Both the position numbers and the translations under genes were made by a program. A DNA stretch of 64,000 nt from Lama guanicoe (Eukaryota), in NCBI GenBank assembly GCA_013239625.1, contig MU054166.1:13319-77318 (forward strand), read 5' to 3'. The notes under the pieces are model-generated. The model saw only the letters and a program-made list of their open reading frames with translations. It was not told the origin of the DNA and did no database searches. Numbering within the stretch: the first letter of the stretch is position 1; each line of letters starts with the position of its first letter. Below, one piece after another: positions 12,569 to 25,869 of this stretch.

Positions 12569-13843
12569 TCAGTTTTAATTAGGATGACATTCATAAACTG
12601 AAGATGGCTGATGAGTTGCCCTTGAAAGGGAGGTAGCTGATGTATCAGCTATCACTGTCACTGGAAACCGTGGGTTGCTCCCTGGTTGAACTTTAGAAAA
12701 ATGACATTTATTGGCAGATACGTTGTGATATCTATTTTGGAAAGTAGAAGGCTCCACCATCAGTCCAAATTAATTGCTCTGTATGGGAGACAAGATGCTC
12801 TACTGAGAAGTAGAAGTTGTAGTTGTAATGAAGTTCAAAACACAGCCATTTGCTTCAGTGTAGCTGCTTTGAGAGTGCCCGTGGACAGTGGTCAACTGAT
12901 TTAAATTAGCACGTTGATCCACTGCAATTTGTTCTGGTGGTCTAAATGACATTGATGATGGAGGAGAAAAATCACTTCTGATCTGGGTAGTTGTATCACC
13001 AATTACGTGGCCAGTAGAGGGCTTTCTTATTAGAGGCATGTTTAAATTTGGAGAAGGTAAAAATGCACTTTCTCAACTAGTGTCAGCGATAAAATCAGAA
13101 TTATTTTTACGAACATTGCCCCCTCTTTTAAAGAGCTTCTTGTTCACATCTTGAGCCAATGAAGATACCAGAGAGGCATTTTTAATCCCAATTCTTCATT
13201 TTATTCTCTCTAAAAGCAGGGGAAAGCCTCATTTAATATTTGGATTATGATAGAACTGCAGCTACAACCAAAGGAGAAAGATTTTAGTAATATTTTAAAC
13301 CAAAACACAAGACTATAATAAGAATAACCTATAAAACCTCAGATTTCACTTTTACTATGCAAAAGTAATATCATCAAAATATGAAAATTGCTGATGATAT
13401 TTTGAAGTTCCTTATTTGGAAAATACACATTTAAATAGTATAGTCATCATTTTAAGAAGTTAGCATTTGCAGTAACGGTGAATGCCAATTTTGAAAAGCA
13501 GCTTTAATACCTTTATTTAGGTTTCTGATAAGATTTATACTTGTTAGCAAAGTTTCTCAAAATTTTGAATACTTAAGGCACTGTTCTCATTTTTAGAAAA
13601 AATAAAGAATTTTAGCCTCTGTAGTTTTATACAATTTTCAAAACCTACCTTCATATTTATATTACCACAGAGTGATGTACAAAATAAAATTTTATACATC
13701 AGTTACCAAGACGTAACTAAAATTTCTGAATATCTTGCTTAAAACAGAGACTTCTATTTCTTCTGCCAGAAAGTCAGCTAGACAAGCAGATCTTTGAAAA
13801 TTCTGCCGTACTTAACTAAACCCATAAAAGATAAGCTGTCTAA
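12569..13843 (-). pseudogene. HSFY: HSFY pseudogene, copy 1 (5' part of exon 1 lost in gap or deleted)
   Basis: The end of exon 1 (13843-13734) reads RQLIFYGFS*VRQNFQRSACLADFLAEEIEVSVLSK. The donor reads AT instead of GT at 13733, and the intron is 472 bp. Exon 2 (13261-12569) is 693 bp and stays in frame: LQFYHNPNIK*GFP...NQLTTVHGHSQSSYTEANG...MVEPSTFQNRY...HPN*N*. Premature stops lie at 13812, 13229, 13196, 13073, 12800, 12770 and 12575. Confidence 0.95.
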
Positions 13844-14959
13844 NNNNNNNNNNNNNNNNNNNNNNNNNNNNNNNNNNNNNNNNNNNNNNNNNNNNNNNNN
13901 NNNNNNNNNAAATAATTTAATTTTGGGTTCTTTGAAATAAAACCAATCTCCTTCCTTTTGTACACAAATTTATACCAGATTGGTGAACAGAGTATAAATA
14001 TGCACAAAATAAATAAAATAATATTAAAGTTTTGGTATTTAAAGTGAAATTTGAGTAAAACCTTTATTGAAAAGGTATAACAATTTCATTATCATTTGTA
14101 ATTAAAGTGAAACAAAATTTGATTTGGAAACGGAAGTATTTATTTCTTGGTGTACTTTAAAATAAGTATCTCTATATTCATAACATCAGCAGAATAAATA
14201 TCAGTTTATTTGGTATGTTTGTAAATAAATGTTAAATATTTATGAATTAAAATTAAATTAAAATAATCAATCAAATTTAAGAAATCCCAAAGGGGGGAAT
14301 TTTTGTTTCAATTTGTAATTCAGTGCTATAATTAAAAGAAATGTAATTTAATTTTCTACTTTAAAATTGCACAAGAGAAAATCTTATTGTACACTTACAA
14401 ATGTTTATTTTTGACATTCTTTCAGAGGGTTTTCAGTCCCTAGAAGGAATAAATTTTCTTGTCATCTTTATAATCCATACTCTTGTGGCTTCTGTTAAGT
14501 GTTCCAAAATGATGTTGATAAATTCAGTTATGCAAAATATCCTGGGTTCTATAAGCAGTAACTCCATTAAGGGGCAACCAAAAAACAATCAAAAAACAAA
14601 GAAATAACATTATATGTGGGTTGGGGTGGATAAGACCAGGTAATGCATTTTAGGAAGCAATATGTTCCCAAGTCCTGAAACAGTTGGCATTGTTATTATA
14701 ATATGGTGTTTTAAGGCCACTGCTTTGTGCACTAATTGTATATAATAGCTATGTTCTGTATCAGTAAACTGTAGTAAATCCAGTTCTACCAAAAGTTATA
14801 TTTATTATTTAGAAATAAATTCCATTAAACATAAGTCAAATTCAAAATGAGTGAAAAATTTTTTAATAAATATATGTACACTCAAGCTACAATGTAAATT
14901 TCTCATTCAATATGTGTATATTCCATTCTAAATAAATATTAGCAACCTGAATAAATTTC

Positions 14960-16970
14960 ATATTTTTAGTATTATAAACTATAGTTAAGTTGGATTTAGT
15001 CCTGATCCACAAAATTTATTTAACATATGCAAATCAATAAATGTGATGCCATCCCTTAGAAAACAGAGAATTCAAAATAAATAATCTCAAAAAATGTAGG
15101 ATAATTATTGACAGAACTTATCTTAACTTTTGTATACAAAAAATTCTTAACAACTTCTCTCTGGATAGAATATAACTAAAGATAAAAAATGCCATTTATG
15201 AAAAACCCGTGACTAATATCAAGTTCAATGTTAACATACAGGAAGGTGTTCCTCTGGTCCAGTAATAAGAAAAAATAGCTCATTCTCACAAGTCCTAAAT
15301 TACACTACTAGAAGTGTTAGCCAGAAAATCTAGTGAAGAAAAAATATAAAAGGCATCCAACTTGTAAACAAGCAGTAAAATTTTTACAGATGACATAATT
15401 ATACATAGATGGAAAACCCCATAGACTTCTCCAGTGAGTGTTTGTAACAGTCAACAAACTTAGTAAACTTGCAGAATACAAAATCAATATACAAATATCT
15501 ATTGCATTTTTATATACTAACAACAAATTAGGAAAACAATTATGTGTACACTTATTCTAAAAAGAATAAAATGGGAATAAAATTGATAAGTGAAATAAAA
15601 GATCTAAACATAGATCTATAAATTAAAGGTGCAAGAAATATAAGTAAACAAAGGAAAGATATTCTGTGCTCATGGATTGTATACAACGTGAGGAAATACT
15701 CTAATCTATTTTTCACATGTTCAATCTCCCCAGCACTACTTACTGAGGAGAATGTCTTTTCTTTATTTCATNNNNNNNNNNNNNNNNNNNNNNNNNNNNN
15801 NNNNNNNNNNNNNNNNNNNNNNNNNNNNNNNNNNNNNNNNNNNNNNNNNNNNNNNNNNNNNNNNNNNNNNNNNNNNNNNNNNNNNNNNNNNNNNNNNNNN
15901 NNNNNNNNNNNNNNNNNNNNNNNNNNNNNNNNNNNNNNNNNNNNNNNNNNNNNNNNNNNNNNNNNNNNNNNNNNNNNNNNNNNNNNNNNNNNNNNNNNNN
16001 NNNNNNNNNNNNNNNNNNNNNAAGATTATTTTCTCATGATCTTTGTGGCAACATATAAATTTTGAAAATATTTGTTCTATTTAATGGAAAAATCTCATGG
16101 GTATTTTGACATGAATCACAGTAAATGTTGATTGCTTTGGGTTGGGTANNNNNNNNNNNNNNNNNNNNNNNNNNNNNNNNNNNNNNNNNNNNNNNNNNNN
16201 NNNNNNNNNNNNNNNNNNNNNNNNNNNNNNNNNNNNNNNNNNNNNNNNNNNNNNNNNNNNNNNNNNNNNNNNNNNNNNNNNNNNNNNNNNNNNNNNNNNN
16301 NNNNNNNNNNNNNNNNNNNNNNNNNNNNNNNNNNNNNNNNNNNNNNNNNNNNNNNNNNNNNNNNNNNNNNNNNNNNNNNNNNNNNNNNNNNNNNNNNNNN
16401 NNNNNNNNNNNNNNNNNNNNNNNNNNNNNNNNNNNNNNNNNNNNNNNNNNNNNNNNNNNNNNNNNNNNNNNNNNNNNNNNNNNNNNNNNNNNNNNNNNNN
16501 NNNNNNNNNNNNNNNNNNNNNNNNNNNNNNNNNNNNNNNNNNNNNNNNNNNNNNNNNNNNNNNNNNNNNNNNNNNNNNNNNNNNNNNNNNNNNNNNNNNN
16601 NNNNNNNNNNNNNNNNNNNNNNNNNNNNNNAAAAGCTTTATAGGACTCTTTAACATCAGAGTATTTTACACTATTAGATTTAATACTATTTTTCAAGATT
16701 ATTTTGGCAACTCATGATCTTTGTGGCAACATATAAATTTTGAAAATATTTGTTCTATTTAATGGAAAAATCTCATTGGTATTTTGACATGAATCACAGT
16801 AAATGTTGATTGCTTTGGGTAGAATGTTTTTTCAACCACATACTTTCACATCATTAACATAAGAGATCTTTTCCTTTCTTTGGATAAGATTTAATTTCAT
16901 TCATCAATGTTTTCTTTTTTTTAATGTATAGGTTTTCATCTTATTTTTTAGCTTCATTTCTAGGTATTCT
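14960..16970. mobile_element. Old L1 ORF2 fragments, sense then antisense, interrupted by gaps (paralogue ~50140-51430)
   Basis: Sense RT remnant (acagatgacataatt, aaaatcaatatacaaatatct) up to ~15690, then antisense ORF2 (cccagcactacttactgaggag). Confidence 0.75.
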
Positions 16971-17029
16971 TTACATATATATATACATATAATTATATAC
17001 ATTATATTTGTAAACATGTTTCCTACACA

Positions 17030-20000
17030 ACTATAAGGCAGAAGGCATTGGCAAGACATATTCAAAGTCCTGAATGAAAGAAAGCTGTAATCTAAGATAA
17101 TTTATCAAGCAAGGCTATCTTTTAGAATAGAAGGTGAGATAAATAACTTCCATAAAAGCAAATACTAAAAGAATTTAGCAACAGAAAAAGAAATAATGAA
17201 AGATCTACTCTAAAGAAAAGAAGCAGGAGGCTATAGAAAGGAGAAAGGCATAATTAGATTGGCAATAGCTGCAATGACATACAATAGAATATACATGATG
17301 TTGTAAAACAGTACATCAAAATTTTTAATTGTCACAGAGTGAAACAGGACAATACAGAGTATTTCCTTCTTGTTTCTATTCTCTGTAGGAGGGGTTAGAG
17401 TTTGTATCCTTATCAGTCAAATAAACATATATAGTAACTGGTCAATATACATACAAAACAGGGTAACCATATATCAAAAGCTTACAATGAAAAAGAAATG
17501 AACAAAAAGGATATACAAAATCAACTGGGAAATGAAGCTCAAAATGGAAATAAGCAGCAGTCTATCAATAATTATCACAATTGTTAATAGAGTAACTGCT
17601 TCGATCAAAAGATATATATTGTCAGATGGGATAATATAACAAGACCCTACATTATGAAGCATACAAGAGACCCACTTTAGTAAGAGGAACACACATCAAT
17701 TGAAAGCCAGAAGATGGAAAAATATATTCCATGCAAATGCATATGACAAGAAAGCAGGACTAGCAGTACTGACTTCACACAAAATAGACTTTACATGAAA
17801 GGCCATAGAGAAAGATAAACAAGGACATGTTATAATGATGAAAGGAGCAATAAAAAATGAGGGGAATTATAGTCATTAAGATACATGCACTCAATATAGG
17901 GGTACCTAAATATGTAAAGCAATCACTAATAGATAAAAAGGGAGAAGTCAGAGGGAACACAATCACAGTAGGAGACTATAACTCCCCATTACCATCACTA
18001 GACAGGTCTTTGAGACAGAAAATTAAATAGGAAACAAAGATATTAAAAGATACAATGAAATAATTGGAGTTGGTTGATATTTTCAAAACAGTACTTCTCC
18101 CCAAAACAGAATATATATTCTTTTCTAGTGCACATGGAACATCTTCTAGGAAAGATTATCTACTCAGGCACAGAAGAAGCCTCAACAAATTTAAGAACAT
18201 AAAAATTATTTCAAGCTACATTTCTGAGTATAATATAATGAAAGTAGAAATCAATCACAGAAAAAAAGGGAGAAAAAATGACAGCATGTAGGTTAAACAA
18301 TATGGTATTAAAACAAGTAGGGGAGTTGAAGAAGTAAAATAAGAATTTAAAAAATATCGAGAAATATGACAAAACCCTATGCAAATTTTATGGAATGCAA
18401 ATAAAGCAGGCTTAAGAGGGAAGTTCAGACTGACAAGGCCCTCCTCAAAGTAAGTATAAAAGCAATTTCAAATAAATAATCTAACGTTCTTTGTAAACTA
18501 ATCATGAAAAGAAGAGCAAACAAAACAAAAAGTCAGCAGAAAGATGGAAATAATAAAGATAAAGGAAGAAATAATTGAAATAGAGTCTAAAAAATAGAAA
18601 AAATCAAACTCTTTTTTGAAATACTAAACAAAATTGACAAAACTCAAGGCAGGCTCACCAACAATAAAAGAGAGTGAACACAAATAACATAAGAATTGAA
18701 ATTGGGGAAACTACAAAGAGTATATCAAATTTGCAAAATATCATAAGGGTATACCATGAGCAACTCTATGGAAACAAACTGGATAACCTAGAAGAAATGG
18801 AGAAGTTTCTGGATATATTCAGCCCACCAATATTGCACCAAGAAGAAATTGACAACTTGAACAGACAGATCACCAGAAACGGAATAGAATTGCCAATAAA
18901 ATAAAAAATTTCTGCAAACACAAATTCAGACCCAAATAGCATCACTGGGGAATTTGACCAAACATACAAAGAAAAATCCATACCAGTCCTCCTCAAATTC
19001 TTCCAAAAGTTTGATATGGAGAGAGTACCCCCAAGCTCACACCATAAGGCAAACATCAACCTGATAACAAAACCACACAAAGACACTACCTAAAAAGAAA
19101 GCTATATGCCAATATCATTGATAAACATAGATGCAAAAGTCCTTAAGAAATTATTAAAAAACAGAATCCAACAGCATGTAAAAAAAGATCATACACCATG
19201 GTCAAGTTAGGTTCATCCCAGGAACACAAGGATGGTGTAACATATGCAAATAAATCAATCAATTGTGATACACCATATCACCAAAGAGAGGACAAAAAAC
19301 CACATGAGAATCTCAGTTGATGCAGAAAAATCATTTGATCACATTTAAAACCTATCTGCAAATAAAGTTCTTATCACAGAGGATACAGAGAGACCATATC
19401 TCAACATAATAATAGCTATTTATGACAAATATATAGCCAGCAACATAATGGTGAAAAACTGAAACCCTTCTCACAAAAACCTGAGACAAGACAAGTTTCC
19501 CCATTCTCACAATTTCAATTCAATATAGTCTTGGAACTCCAAGCCACAACGTTCAGTCAAGAAAATTTGATTTCCTATCAAATTATGCAAAATATTTCTT
19601 TTTAGGACTGAAACAAATGATCTGAAGATTTACATAGAGTCGTAAAAAATACATAGTTTCCAAAGCAATATTGAAGTAAAAGAAAGAGGCTGGAGGAATA
19701 ACCCACCAGGTCTCCATACACTATTGCAGAGCTACGATAATGAAAATGACATGATATTGGCATAGAAACAGGCATATGGACCAATGGAACAGAATAGAGA
19801 GCCTAGGAATAAATCAATAGGCCTATGTTCAATTAACCTTTGACAGAGTAGCCAGGAACATGACAGAGAAAAGACCATCTCTTAACCAACTGGTGTTGGG
19901 AAAACTGGATAGCAGCATCAGAGCAATGGAGTTAGAATACTCCTTCACTCCATACACAAGAATAAACTCAAAATGGCTTGAAGACGTAAATATAAGGAAG

Positions 20001-21290
20001 ACACAGTAAATCACCTAGAAGAAAACATAGGCAAAACACTCTGAGATAAACCTCAGCAATGATCTCCTAGAATAGACTACCCAGGGAAGGGATGTAAGAG
20101 CAAAATTAATAAATGGGACCTAATAAAACTTATAAGCTTTTGCACAGCAAAGGGAACCATAAACAAAGCAAAATGACAACTTACAGGTTTAAAGAAAATA
20201 TTAAGAAGTGATGCAACTGACAAAGGCTTAGTTTCCAAAATATAAAGACTTCGTACAACTTAATAATAATAAAAAAAACAAGAAACCCAATCTGAAAATG
20301 TGCAGAAGCCATAAACAAGCAATTCTCCAATAGAGACATTCAAATGCCACATAGATATATGAAAAAAAAAATTGCTCACTATCATTGTCAGAGTAGGGCA
20401 ATTCAAAAGTATAATGAAGTATCAATTCACAGTAGTCACAATGGTCATCATTCAAAAGTCCACAAACAATAAATGCTAGGGAAGCTGTGGAGAAAGGGAA
20501 CTTTCCTACACTGTTGGTAGGAATGTAGTTTGGTGCAGTCATTTTGGAAACCAGTATGGGGATTCCTCTAATGGATAAAAATAAACTTAACATATGAACC
20601 AGCAATCCCACTTCTGGGTATATATCAAAGGGAACCCTATTTCAAAAAACTCACCTGCACCCCAATGTCCTCAGCAGTGCTGTATACAACAGCCACAACA
20701 TGGAAGCAACCTAATTGTCCAACAACAGATGACAGTATACAGAAATTATGCCATATTTACACAATGGAAAAATATTCTGCAGTAAAAAATGATAAAACAA
20801 TGACATTTGCAGCCAAATGGATATCCCCCAAAATTGTCATTCTAATTGAAGTTAGACAGAAAGAGAAAGAAAAATAACACATGACATGAAATATGTGGAA
20901 TGTTAAAAAATATTTGGATGAGAACACAATGATTTCATCTACAAAATTTAAGCACACTCGCAGACCTACTAAACAATTTTATAATTACGGCAGAAAGGGG
21001 CTGTGAGGGGATATACTTGGGATATTTAGATTTATAAATGTTATGCTCTATATATAAAAATATATTTTTTTAAAATTTCTTTTGTATGACACAGAGCAGT
21101 AAGTTAAATACCATGAAGTAACATTTAATAGGTACACAAATGTTAGCATGTATGGGAACACTCTGCTATAGACCACAGAACGACACACTGAAAATGGCAG
21201 TAGTTCAATGATAAATAAATGAATACATATGTAAATAAATAAATAAATATATATAAATAAATAAATAAACATATAAATAAATAGTATCTA
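17030..21290 (+). mobile_element. LINE-1 (end of ORF1, ORF2, 3' UTR, (TAAA)n tail), camelid-like 3' end, unit A
   Basis: EN motifs (QETHF, GDYNSPL, EYIFFSSAHGT), RT, and a C-terminal CxxxCGE region; many stops; ~415 bp deletion at ~19565. Confidence 0.92.
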
Positions 21291-21339
21291 AATAAAAAAT
21301 ATTCAGTAATAAATGAAATACAAAGATTCACAGTACTTA

Positions 21340-22165
21340 TCTTTTCACCTCAAAATGTAGGAGAAAACAGAAAAAATAAAGAGGAAAATTGAATGAATGA
21401 GAGGAAGGCAAATAACAAGAGAAACATTTGTAAATATAAAAAAAAAATACCTAAGTCTGTTTCTTTTAAACATAAAGTGGCAAAAATTTACTTTGGCTAA
21501 GAAAATAAAATTAGAAATAAAAGTGAATATATTACCACTGATGCTGTAGAGATGCAAAGCATCATAAGTAGTTACCACTAGACAATGATTTGAATGACTT
21601 AGAACAAAAGACACATTCCCAGTAACATTTGTCTTCCAATACTGAATCAAAAAGATATAAGAAATTTAAATAGAGCAAAAGTGTTAATGAGTAAATCAAT
21701 AATTCAAACTTCCCAAACCAGAGAAAATTTCAAGACGACTTTACTGGTGTATTCTGTCATACATTTGAAGACAAGTTTTTCAACAATACTTCCGCAAATC
21801 TTCCAAGAATTTGAAGGGGGTGAAAGATTCCAAACACGTTTTTTGATGCCAGCTTTATTTGCATAAAAATGAGAGAAAGGACATTATATGCAAAATATAG
21901 AATATTATCCCTGATGAACATATGTGCCTCTCAACATAACACAAGCAAAATGAATTCAATAACACATTTAATGTATCATACACATACATGAGTAAAGGGA
22001 TTTATACCAGGGTTTAAGGATACTTCAAAATATTCAAATCAAAAAGGTGACATGCCACACTAAGAGAATGAGAAATAAAACTCACATAATCATCTCAATA
22101 GGTGCAGATATGGCATTGTATATAATGCAACACACTTTTAAGATACTCCCAACAAATTAAATTAA
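21340..22165 (+). mobile_element. Old L1 ORF2 fragment (paralogue ~56260-57090)
   Basis: ILPQIFQEFEGGE and other pre-RT motifs. Confidence 0.75.
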
Positions 22166-22168
22166 CCC

Positions 22169-22619
22169 TGTCAGTGGCATGATATCATATACACGCAAAC
22201 ACTTTGTGGAGAGAAGCGAAGCAATTCTCTTTATTGATTCTTAGAAAAAGGGTTTATATAGGACATGCACAATGCCTCACATATCATCTAAACTATGACA
22301 ATGTTAATAATCTTAAGCTATTTATGTCCCCATGCTCCTGCAGTAAGCACAGGATTTTAAATGACCAAGGATTGTTTTAAAGTTCATCACGGAACTCCAT
22401 TAAGTAGGCCATCTCTTATCTAGCCGGCTGTGCCTGTCTTAGGTTGTCCTCCTCTGAGGATCTTACCCATCATAGGCTATCCAGCCAACCATGCTGGATA
22501 CATTCAGAAGGCCATTTCTTATCCAGACTGGATATGAGACAATCCTCACAGCTTGTTTATCAGTTCAGCCCATGGGCTTATTCTCTAGAGCCTTCAGACA
22601 GGGGCCTACAAACCCAACA
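22169..22619 (-). mobile_element. Solo LTR, ~450 bp (paralogue starts at 57092 and runs into a gap)
   Basis: TG...CA termini; minus-strand TATATAAA at 22260-22253 followed by AATAAA at 22235-22230; flanks ACCC/TCCC form an imperfect 4-bp TSD; non-L1 composition. Confidence 0.65.
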
Positions 22620-22876
22620 TCCCTTGACACAAAAATGGATGAGGAAAATTTGATGTATATATGCAATGGAATCAATAATTTGCATTCCTATCAACAGTGT
22701 CCATGATGTTCCATGTTCTCCACAATCAATTCTCTAGAGACTTCAGACAGGGGCCTACAAACCCAACATCCCTTGACACAAAAATGGATGAGGAAAATTT
22801 GATGTATATATGCAATGGAATCAATAATTTGCATTCCTATCAACAGTGTCCATGATGTTCCTTGTTCTCCACAATC
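22581..22876 (+). repeat. 149-bp-period tandem duplication
   Basis: 22581-22727 is repeated at 22730-22876 with 2 mismatches. Confidence 0.93.
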
Positions 22877-22879
22877 TCA

Positions 22880-25860
22880 CCAATATTTATTTGTTTTCTT
22901 TTTGATGAGAGCCTTCTGACAATTGTGAGGTCTTGTCTCATTCTTGGTTTATGACTTTCCTAATAATTTAAAACTCTGAACATATTTTCATGTGTCATTC
23001 AGCCAACTGTATATTTTCTATAGAAAATTGATTCAGATCAATCTATTCAGTTCCTATGGACATTTTTTTCATTGGATTGTTTGGTCTTTTTTGTTGCTGT
23101 TGTGGGGTTAGAGTTTGCCATATATATTGGATATTAACACTAGATTGGAAAATATAATTTCAAATATATTCTCCCATTGTGTTTCTTGACTTTTCATTTT
23201 ATTGATCATTTATTCTGCAGCGTATATCTGTTTAGAGAGATACAATCATATTTTGTTAGTTTTGCTTCTGCTTCCCTTGCCAGAGGAGACATATGTATAA
23301 TCATATTAAGTCCAAAGTCAGAGTGTAATTCTCATGTTTTACTCTAGGATTCTTTGTTTTCAGGATTTATGTTTTATATGCCCAGAAGTTGGATTGCTGT
23401 GTCATATGATAGGTCTATTTTTATTTTTTAAATGAACTTCCATACAGTTTCCAAAGTGGTTTCACCAATTTTCATTCCCACCAACAGCGTTGGAGAGTCC
23501 CATTTTCTCCACAACCACCTCATTCTTTATTGCTTGTAGATATTTGTTTGAAAGCCCTTCTCAATATTGTGATGTAAAACATTATTTTATTTTTGTCTTT
23601 TATTTTTGTATAATGATTAGCAATGTGAGCATGTTTTTCTTTTCCTCTTTGTCATCTCTGTGTCTTCTTTAGAGATTTGTCTTCTGCTCATTTTCTGTCT
23701 GAGTTGTTTGTAGATTTTTTAATGGAGTTGTAAGAAAAATGTGTGTATTTAAGAAATTAGCCTCTTGTTAATTGCATAGTTTCCTAATGTTTTCTCCCAT
23801 TTGGAATTTCATCTTTTCATTTTGTATATTTTGCTGTTTAGAAGCTTTTAGATTTAATTAGGACCTTTTGTTTATATTGTTTCTATTGTTTTCACATATT
23901 TCACAGAGTGACATAAGAAATTTTTGCTACAAATTATGTCTTGTTTTGCTTATGTTAGTTTCCAGAAGTTTTTTGTGTTATGTATTAGATTCAGATATTT
24001 AAATCATTTTGAGTTCATTTTTGTACAGTGTGAGGGAGTGTTCTAATTCCTTTGATTTACATGTAGCTGTCTTGCTTTCTCAACATCACTTGCTGAAGAC
24101 TGTCTTTAAGGCATTGTATATTTTTGTTTCCTTTGTCATAGTTTAGTTGACCATAGGTGTGAATTTTTATTTCTGCCTCTGTGTTCCATTCCAGTGATAT
24201 AGAGCTTCAGTTGTTTTCCAGCATTGTGCTGTCGGATTACTGTAGTATTGTAATATAGTCTGAGATCTGGGAGGGTTATGGGTTATACCTCCAACTTTGT
24301 ACTTTTTCCTCATTGTTTCTTTTGCACTTCTGGTTCTTTTGCAGTTCCATACAATCATAGGACCATTTTTAGTTCTGCAGAAAATATCAAGTATTTCTAT
24401 CTGAATCAATTTATATCTGTAGGCATATTTTGTAATATGTGTATTTTAACAATATTAATTCCTCTAAACTAAGACCTTGATATTTCTTTCAATTTCTTTG
24501 CATCATCTTCAAATTTATTTATCAGTGTCCTATTCATTTTATTATGTTGGATTTTTCATAGGTTTTTCATTTTTTCATCTGATTTCATATGGATCTTTTA
24601 AAATTATGGAATATATCATTGTTTGTGTAAAAATGTGACAGTTTTTGTATATTAATTATGAATCATGCTACTTTGCTAAATGTCTTTATTAGTTTTAGTT
24701 GTTTTGGTTTGGAGAATCTTTAGGTTTCACTATATAGATTTTCATGTCATCTAAAATAACAGTTTTACTTCATTCAATTCAACTTGAATAACATTTTTTC
24801 TTGTACAATTGCTGTTGCTAGAACTTCCCATACTGTGTTTAATAGAAATGGTGAGAGTGGGCATCCTTATCTTATTCCTTAATTTGGCTTTCAGCTTTTC
24901 ACTTTTGCATATTATGTTGTTGGTGGGTCTGTAATTAATGACTTTAGATATGTTGAGATATATTTCCTGAATCCTACTTTGCTAAAAGNNNNNNNNNNNN
25001 NNNNNNNNNNNNNNNNNNNNNNNNNNNNNNNNNNNNNNNNNNNNNNNNNNNNNNNNNNNNNNNNNNNNNNNNNNNNNNNNNGTTGAATTTTATGCTTTTA
25101 TGGATTTATTGGGATGACCATGTCGTATTCTCTTTTACTTTTGTCAATGTGGTGTATCACACTGATTGATTTGTGTATGTTGAACCTCTCTAGTGACACT
25201 GCAATGAGTCCAAGTTGATCATGGTGTATGATTCACTTTAGTTATTGCTGGATTTAGTTTGCTAATAATATTTTGTAGAATTTTTGCCTGTAAATCTATC
25301 AAATATAATGGCTTGAAGTTCCCTTTGGCCGTACTTTTTTTTGGTTTTGCTATCAGGGTGATGAAAGTTTCATAGAATTAATTTGGGAGTTTCCCACATC
25401 TTCACTATGTTTGAAGTGTTTGAAGAGTATAAGTTCTGCTTTGTATTGTTGTACAGTTCCACACGGGAGCTGTTTAAATCTGCACTTGTATTCAATAATT
25501 TTTTTAAATGCAGATTATATCATTCTTCAGATAAACAGTTTGTTCAAATTATTTCTTTCTCCTTATGTCTCTCTCTTTCTAGACATTTGTCTATTATTTC
25601 TAATTTGTTCAGTTTATTGGCATGTAAGTGTTGACAAAATGATCCCTTTTTTGTATATCTGAGGTAAAATTAGTAATTTCTCTTCTTTTATTTCTTAATT
25701 TATTTCTTTGAAGCATCTACCTTTTCTTCATGATGCACCTGGCTAGATGTTTTTTGAATTGCTTATCTGAAAAAGAAAACATAAAACAAAGTCTTTGGTT
25801 TTATTACTCTTTAGCAAAGTTTTTTTTTTCTTTACAGCTTATATTTACACCTGTAATATT
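22880..25860 (-). mobile_element. Two consecutive antisense L1 ORF2 fragments (junction ~23375; paralogue ~57600-60640)
   Basis: Antisense C-terminal and RT text (atatgcccagaagttggattgctg, ggtgagagtgggcatcctt). Confidence 0.82.
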
Positions 25861-25869
25861 TAGGATAAT

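Noticed and set aside
14610..14792. 60-codon minus-strand ORF kept at the same position in both units (49791-49973), plus adjacent opposite-strand ORFs 14401-14607 and 49579-49788
   Set aside because: The minus-strand ORF has a non-ATG start, 16 of its 60 residues differ between units including radical changes, and no domain is recognisable. This is consistent with neutral sequence.
15688..16717. Long ORFs in the track (up to 220 aa), also at 57285-57616
   Set aside because: Artefacts of translating N runs.
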